Positions 27,026 through 32,000 of a stretch of 32,000 nt of DNA are shown here, in pieces. Under the pieces are notes generated by a model. It saw nothing but the letters and a program-made list of their open reading frames with translations. It was not told the origin of the DNA and searched no databases. A program made the position numbers and the translations under genes. Source of the DNA: Erysipelotrichaceae bacterium (lineage in GTDB: Bacteria; Bacillota_I; Bacilli_A; Erysipelotrichales; Erysipelotrichaceae); the NCBI GenBank assembly GCA_963663995.1, contig OY760660.1, forward strand, positions 570,001 to 602,000, given 5' to 3'. Positions within the stretch are counted from its first letter, which is position 1. Each line of letters begins with the position of its first letter.

Positions 27026-27057
27026 GCATAAGCAACTGTAAAAAAGGAGGTGTCGTT

Positions 27058-27318
27058 GTGCCACAAATCAAATCACAAAAGAAACGTGCATTGACTAACC
27101 TCAAACGTGGTTTAGCCGTCACATCTGAAAAAACAGCTTTAAAAACAGCTATTAAGAATGTCTTAAAAGCCGTTGAAGCAAAAGATGCTGCTGGTGCAAA
27201 ATCTGCGTTTGATGTAGCTAATTCTAAATTAGATAAAGCAGTCAGTTCTGGTATTCACCATAAAAACTATGCTGCTCGTCAAAAAGCTCGTTTAGCAACA
27301 AAAGTTAACTCATTATAA
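27058..27318 (+). CDS. rpsT: 30S ribosomal protein S20 (GTG start)
   Basis: 86 aa, (V)PQIKSQKKRALTNLKR..., a basic all-helical S20 sequence. GTG initiation codon 7 nt after the AAGGAGG RBS. Confidence 0.95.
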   Translation: MPQIKSQKKRALTNLKRGLAVTSEKTALKTAIKNVLKAVEAKDAAGAKSAFDVANSKLDKAVSSGIHHKNYAARQKARLATKVNSL

Positions 27319-27322
27319 AATC

Positions 27323-27347
27323 AAACAGTCTCGAGACTGTTTTTTTT
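27323..27347. terminator. Bidirectional rho-independent terminator (rpsT / sdaA convergent)
   Basis: AAACAGTC-TCGA-GACTGTTT, flanked by a T8 run on the + side and by UGAUUUU on the minus-strand side. Confidence 0.8.
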
Positions 27348-28557
27348 ATGTATTTTCGACTTCAATTTCTTTAGCTAAACCACCCATTGAACTTTCTCTA
27401 AGCTCAACAGCAATTTTTTGACCGGTATAGTTCATTGTGTGAACCACTTGATCAAAACTAATTCGATTATGTTTAAACTTGGAAATAGATTTCGCCATTA
27501 AGACCGCATCCATCGCCCTTAAAACAGCGGCACCATTGCGTTCAATACATGGAATGATGACATAACCACCCACAGGGTCACAGGTTAAACCTAAATGATG
27601 TTCCATGGCGATTTCAGCCGCATAAGCAATGACATCAATATCAAGTCCAAGGACATAAGCATAAGCTGCAGCCGCCATTGAACAGGCTGAACCAATCTCT
27701 GCCTGACATCCACCAACAGCACCAGATATGGTCGCATTTTTTTTAATTGTATTTCCAAACAAGCCCGCAACTTGTAAGGCTTCTATAAGTTTATGGCGTG
27801 ATATCCCCATATCGTAATAGAGATGATACATCAAACTTGCCATAACTCCACTTGCGCCAAGTGTAGGTGCCGTCACAACCATATGACCACTGGCATTTTC
27901 TTCACTATTGGCATAGGCATAAGCAACACATTTTAAACGTTTCTCATCATCTACACTATCACTAGCTCGTGCTTGTAAATATAAGGATTTCGCAATCTTC
28001 TCAACTTTAAGTTGACCTGGCATTACACCTGATGCTTCTAAACCTCTTTTAACAGCGGCAAACATTGCAGTTAATACATCACTAAGATGTTCATGAATAT
28101 ATGGTTCATATTGCATCACTAATTGCGGCAGACTTAAATGCAGATGTTTAGCTTCATTGACGATTTCTTCCATCGATTGATACGGATAAACTGTTTTAGT
28201 ACTATCAATATTTTCTTCTAAAATTTTAATACTACCCCCACCTAATGAAAAAACAGTCCATCGACCTATTTCACTAGCGCGTGAATCATAGGCTTTTAAA
28301 ATCAAACCATTATCATATTTGTATTCCCAGTTTAATCTAAAATGAATCGCACAAGGTTTTGGTTTAAAACTATTGATTAAGATGGTATCGGTCATATGGC
28401 CTCTACCGGTTAATGATAAAGAACCATAAAGTTCTGCACTAAAACTAATGGCTTCACTATATTTTTCCTTAAACATCAAAGCCGCACGCCAAGGTGCAAT
28501 CGTATGTGATGATGAGGGTCCTGGACCGATTCGATAGAGTTCTTTTAAAGACTGCAT
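27346..28557 (-). CDS. sdaA: L-serine ammonia-lyase (iron-sulfur L-serine dehydratase), single-chain form
   Basis: 403 aa. N-terminal LKELYRIGPGPSSSHTIAP, and GGCQAEIGSACSMAAAA and CDPVGG cluster-binding motifs. Confidence 0.85.
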   Translation of the reverse strand: MQSLKELYRIGPGPSSSHTIAPWRAALMFKEKYSEAISFSAELYGSLSLTGRGHMTDTILINSFKPKPCAIHFRLNWEYKYDNGLILKAYDSRASEIGRWTVFSLGGGSIKILEENIDSTKTVYPYQSMEEIVNEAKHLHLSLPQLVMQYEPYIHEHLSDVLTAMFAAVKRGLEASGVMPGQLKVEKIAKSLYLQARASDSVDDEKRLKCVAYAYANSEENASGHMVVTAPTLGASGVMASLMYHLYYDMGISRHKLIEALQVAGLFGNTIKKNATISGAVGGCQAEIGSACSMAAAAYAYVLGLDIDVIAYAAEIAMEHHLGLTCDPVGGYVIIPCIERNGAAVLRAMDAVLMAKSISKFKHNRISFDQVVHTMNYTGQKIAVELRESSMGGLAKEIEVENT

Positions 28558-29537
28558 TAAATCATTGCCTCAATTAAAAAGAGTTCAAAACCAAAACGTT
28601 TATCAACTAAACCCATTTTACTTTTCTGATCAAGTGTCGCTAAATGATTTAAAACTTCTAAAATACGATCTGGATTTGTTTTACGTGATAAGGCTAACAT
28701 ACGATTAACACGTCCCACATTAATGGTTGGCGTCATAACAGATAATAGATTAATCATCTCTTCACGATGATAGCCTTCTTTATTTAAAATGGAGACTTGA
28801 TACATTAATCGTAGTTGTGAAGCAATTAAACCCACAAATGATAAAGGTTCCATATTTAAAACCATCATATCTGTCCAAATCGAAAAAGCTCTTTTCATAT
28901 CTTTATCCATGATGGCATTCACTAAATGGAAAACTTCACTGTCTAATGGACGAGAAACAAGTGCTTCAATATCTTCAACTTTCATTTCTTTTCCATAGAT
29001 TTCTAATTTTTCTATCTCTTGATGTGCATTCGCTAGATTTTCATCTAATCTAAAAAGCAGTGTTTCAAAAGCAACTGCACTCATCTTTAAACCTTTTTCA
29101 CGAATGATATCTTTTACAACTTGTCTAAACGCTTGAGTTTCAAGTTTTTTTACACGAATGATTTCACCTTGTTTTTTCAATGCTTTTACGATTGTTTTAT
29201 TGGTATCGATATTATCATTATCATGCATGAGAACTAAGGTCGATTCAGGTCGATCCTGTTCTAAAAAACGAAGAAACACTTCATTCTCATCTTTGTTAAG
29301 TGACTTTGATTTCGTTAAAAAAACAGCGTTTTTAATAACCACTACTTTATGATCTGAAAACATTGGTAAAGTATCTGCATCATCTAAAGCATTTTGTAAA
29401 GAAAAGTTAGGGATTGCTGCATCATAGACAACTGTATTAAGCGCAAAATCAGCCCCAACACGCTTAATTAATAAGTCGTTCAAGGCTTGATTGAGTAAAT
29501 AGCTTTCATTTCCGTAGAGTAGTGTATTCATACTCAC
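28557..29537 (-). CDS. holA: DNA polymerase III delta subunit
   Basis: 326 aa. N-terminal LLYGNESYLL-type motif. Size and position (downstream of comEC, convergent with rpsT) match B. subtilis holA (yqeN). TAATG overlap with sdaA. Confidence 0.75.
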   Translation of the reverse strand: MSMNTLLYGNESYLLNQALNDLLIKRVGADFALNTVVYDAAIPNFSLQNALDDADTLPMFSDHKVVVIKNAVFLTKSKSLNKDENEVFLRFLEQDRPESTLVLMHDNDNIDTNKTIVKALKKQGEIIRVKKLETQAFRQVVKDIIREKGLKMSAVAFETLLFRLDENLANAHQEIEKLEIYGKEMKVEDIEALVSRPLDSEVFHLVNAIMDKDMKRAFSIWTDMMVLNMEPLSFVGLIASQLRLMYQVSILNKEGYHREEMINLLSVMTPTINVGRVNRMLALSRKTNPDRILEVLNHLATLDQKSKMGLVDKRFGFELFLIEAMI

Positions 29538-29561
29538 CCATTATAACAAGAAACAACAACG

Positions 29562-31460
29562 TCAATGTGATAAAACCGTATAAACTTCAAAGAAAGAAGA
29601 ACGGATAAAAATATGTTGATTGATAAAACTTAAGATGACGTCACCATCTTCCTTTGAGTTTAAAATTTTAAGATGATAATTATTTAAATTCTCGATAACT
29701 GACAAATTAGGATGACCATAATGATTATTCCCCACTGACAACAAAGCAATATCCGCTTCAATTTGATGTAGAAAATCAAGAGATGTGGATGTCTTAGATC
29801 CATGATGTCCAATCTTAAGCACATCAACTTTTAAATTTGGGTATTGTTTAATCAATTGTTTTTCAACAAAAGTTGATACATCAGCCATAAACAAAAATTC
29901 TATCCCATCGCTCATCAAGTAATAGACTTTCGAATTATCATTCTCATTTTGATAATGTCCTTCATTAATTTGAATAAGTTTAGATGTAGAATAGTTTATC
30001 GTTTCTTCATAATCTGCAATGTGTTTGATGTTAAAATCATTCATTAAAGCTTCAATATTAGCACTATGATCACTATCCATATGGGTCAAACTTAAAACAT
30101 CAATCTCTTTTATTCCATAATAATCTAGACATGCTTTTAAATGATCATAAGCATAGGTGTTACCTGTATCTAAAAGGATGATCTCTTGATTGAAAGCAGA
30201 TTGAAATAAAAAGCTATCACCCTGTCCGACATTAATCATAATGATTTGATTCGTTAATGGAAGAATAAAAATGGGATTTAAGACAAAAACGATTAAATAC
30301 AATGTGAGTAGAAATAAGACTTTTGAAAGATTCATCTGATAAATAAGCATAATTAAAATAAAAGTTATAAAACTTAAATGACCCGATTGATAAAAAAATG
30401 ATTTTAAAAGCTCGACATTATGATTAAACCATTCCATTCCATCAATAAAAGGAATTTGTAACATGACAAAGCTTCTTGCGAGAAATAAAAACAAAACTAA
30501 AATTGGAAACACTTTTCGAAGTTGGCTATAAAAAAGAATAAAAGCTAAACTAAAACGAATATTAAAGGCTAAGAACACGCTTGCTAAAAGCGCAGTACTT
30601 TCTAATTTTTTAAGATTGGTTTTATGAAATCGAGACATTGCCATCATCACAAGTGGCAAAGCCCACGCTAATTGCTTAAGGGCCAATGGTTCAATGAAAT
30701 ATAAAATAATAAAGGATATAAAAAAATGCCAATCTTTTCTCTTCACTAATAATCTCACTAGTCTAAAAACACATATTCTCAGTAAAGATATGGGTTGACC
30801 CAATAGATAAAGTAAAAAAAAGATTAATCCAAATATTAAAAATTCTTTATATTTAAATCTGGATAATAGTTTATCTAGAAAAATTAGTACACTTGTGTAA
30901 AGTAAACCTAAAGAAAAAAGACTTCCTAAAACACTATCGTGATTAACCTGAAACAAGATATGACGGTACCACTCTTGAAATTGAAGATTATCAGCATTTT
31001 CATATGAGATAAAACGAAGCCACAAAGCTGCTTTCTTTAGTGTTTTTTGATACTTAGCTTTGCCAATTATATGGTTAGAAGTTGCCCAGTTATTTAAATT
31101 AAAGCCAAAAAGGTTTGATTCTTTTTCAAAAGTTTCAAAATCACTTATCGAAATAATATCTCCTAGTGAAACAGAATAAACATCAACATCTAAAACTAAT
31201 ATTTTTGAAAAACCTTTTTGAATAAGCACTGAAGATTGATTTAATTCAACAACACGACCTTCATCAAAGAAATCTGGACTTAAGCTTATTTCATAACGCA
31301 ATAAAGCAAATATTAAAATAATAAAAAAGCTTAATCGATTTAATTTTCTTGAGAAAAGGACCAAAATAAAAGCTATCAAACAGGCAAGAAAGATAGATTG
31401 ACTAAGAATTAATGAAAGAAGACTTACACAAACAGCTATAAGTAATGCATTCATAAACAA
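29562..31460 (-). CDS. comEC: DNA internalization competence protein ComEC/Rec2
   Basis: 632 aa. Polytopic membrane core plus a C-terminal metallo-beta-lactamase domain (NVGQGDS, LTHMDSDH, IGHHGSKTSTS). Confidence 0.85.
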   Translation of the reverse strand: MFMNALLIAVCVSLLSLILSQSIFLACLIAFILVLFSRKLNRLSFFIILIFALLRYEISLSPDFFDEGRVVELNQSSVLIQKGFSKILVLDVDVYSVSLGDIISISDFETFEKESNLFGFNLNNWATSNHIIGKAKYQKTLKKAALWLRFISYENADNLQFQEWYRHILFQVNHDSVLGSLFSLGLLYTSVLIFLDKLLSRFKYKEFLIFGLIFFLLYLLGQPISLLRICVFRLVRLLVKRKDWHFFISFIILYFIEPLALKQLAWALPLVMMAMSRFHKTNLKKLESTALLASVFLAFNIRFSLAFILFYSQLRKVFPILVLFLFLARSFVMLQIPFIDGMEWFNHNVELLKSFFYQSGHLSFITFILIMLIYQMNLSKVLFLLTLYLIVFVLNPIFILPLTNQIIMINVGQGDSFLFQSAFNQEIILLDTGNTYAYDHLKACLDYYGIKEIDVLSLTHMDSDHSANIEALMNDFNIKHIADYEETINYSTSKLIQINEGHYQNENDNSKVYYLMSDGIEFLFMADVSTFVEKQLIKQYPNLKVDVLKIGHHGSKTSTSLDFLHQIEADIALLSVGNNHYGHPNLSVIENLNNYHLKILNSKEDGDVILSFINQHIFIRSSFFEVYTVLSH

Positions 31461-31906
31461 ATAAATGCTTCGATTTTCGCAAATAGCTTTTCTTTGATGC
31501 CTTTAATTAGCATCACTTCATCTAAAGATTGAAAATAACCTATTGTTTCCCGATAATCAATAATCCTTTGCGATAAGGATAGACCAATACCTGGAAGTGT
31601 ATCTAAATCCTCTATACTTGCTTGATTAAGTGATATACATGATTCTTTTATTTCATATAAAACAATCACATCATTAGGATGTAGAGCGGCTTGTGGATTT
31701 AAACGGGTTAAATCACATTCTGCACATTCAATCATTTCTAATAAATCAGTAATTGTACTATAAAGTGCAAGTGAGTATGCTTCCTCACTTTGATCAGGAT
31801 AGATTACAGTAACTGTTATTACATCATTTGTAAGTGATGGACTATTTTGTACCTGAGTACAGGAAACAAGTGATAAGCAAATAAAAAAGCATAAGAGAGT
31901 TCTCAT
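31451..31906 (-). CDS. comEA: Competence DNA receptor ComEA (helix-hairpin-helix), predicted lipoprotein
   Basis: 151 aa. Signal peptide and lipobox MRTLLCFFICLSLVSC. C-terminal HhH motif LDTLPGIGLSLSQRIIDYRE...LIKGIKEKLFAKI. 10-nt overlap with comEC. Confidence 0.8.
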   Translation of the reverse strand: MRTLLCFFICLSLVSCTQVQNSPSLTNDVITVTVIYPDQSEEAYSLALYSTITDLLEMIECAECDLTRLNPQAALHPNDVIVLYEIKESCISLNQASIEDLDTLPGIGLSLSQRIIDYRETIGYFQSLDEVMLIKGIKEKLFAKIEAFICL

Positions 31907-31937
31907 GCCTTATTATTTGATTTAATTTTATTTATTC

Positions 31938-32000
31938 CTAATCAATAGCGATGATTTTAACAGATTCGCGAGGTTCAACTTCAACTTCAATCCATTCATC
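31938..32000 (-). CDS. 3' end of an unidentified upstream CDS (enters from beyond the window)
   Basis: The minus-strand frame is open from the window edge and reads ...DEWIEVEVEPRESVKIIAID, then TAG at 31938-31940. Too short to identify and weakly supported. Confidence 0.3.
   Translation of the reverse strand, partial: DEWIEVEVEPRESVKIIAID

Noticed and set aside
5771-29352. Other short ORFs antisense to, or in an alternative frame of, larger genes (5771-5953, 9043-9264, 11654-11842, 11926-12195, 13373-13582, 14002-14295, 14674-14859, 15446-15631, 15700-15966, 16387-16590, 18396-18719, 19001-19192, 21325-21528, 21478-21732, 24694-24897, 24938-25153, 29158-29352)
   Set aside because: Each lies entirely within a well-supported conserved CDS. 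None has a convincing RBS or recognisable sequence, and such ORFs are expected by chance in AT-rich DNA.
1-32000. Alternative genetic code (TGA as Trp, as in Mollicutes), considered because of the AT-richness and the IS1630-like behaviour
   Set aside because: All long conserved genes (pnp, lepA, tyrS, murC, comEC and others) are full-length under the standard code with no internal TGA. Cell-wall genes (murC, a MurJ-like flippase, ezrA) also argue against a wall-less Mollicute.
1-32000. Search for CRISPR arrays, tRNA or rRNA genes, prophage, toxin-antitoxin, restriction-modification or other defence clusters
   Set aside because: No spaced direct-repeat arrays or cloverleaf-like or rRNA-like segments were seen in the few intergenic gaps (all under 260 bp apart from the IS flanks). 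Every ORF over 90 aa other than four orphans has a housekeeping assignment. The orphans (two lipoproteins, a 3-TM protein, an acidic protein) are scattered singly within core operons and do not form an island.

Overview
AT-rich window from a low-GC Bacillota-type chromosome. All conserved genes read through under the standard code with no in-frame TGA. It is almost entirely housekeeping backbone. About 30 of 33 genes lie on the minus strand, tightly packed, often with 1-nt TAATG or 4-nt ATGA stop/start overlaps. Gene order, as I recall it, resembles the Bacillus subtilis yt/yq regions. Reading the minus strand (high to low coordinates): comEA-comEC-holA, sdaA, (rpsT on +), fmt, an ECF S-component, lepA, a MazG-like gene, hemW, rpsO, [IS30-family insertion on +], pnp, pepV, trmB, an M42 peptidase, a lipoprotein, an acidic orphan, murC, ytxG-like, ytxH-like, ccpA-like, Tyr T-box-tyrS, a small membrane protein, a lipoprotein, a MOP flippase, rsuA, (rpsD on +), ezrA, a cysteine desulfurase, thiI, ffh. 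I found no rRNA, tRNA, CRISPR array, prophage or recognisable defence or toxin cluster. I therefore cannot support a claim that a novel multi-gene system is present. The only clearly accessory DNA is a roughly 1.5-kb IS30-family element inserted between the rpsO terminator and the pnp promoter. It has a 14-bp flanking direct repeat and an unusual set of nested or repeated end motifs. The other items worth a second look are: (1) a 252-aa acidic, probably disordered orphan translationally coupled to murC, carrying short linear motifs; (2) two orphan lipoproteins; (3) a 3-TM protein coupled to tyrS behind a UAC T-box; (4) a repeated 10-mer bracketing the divergent fmt/rpsT promoters; (5) long r-protein leaders upstream of rpsD and rpsO.
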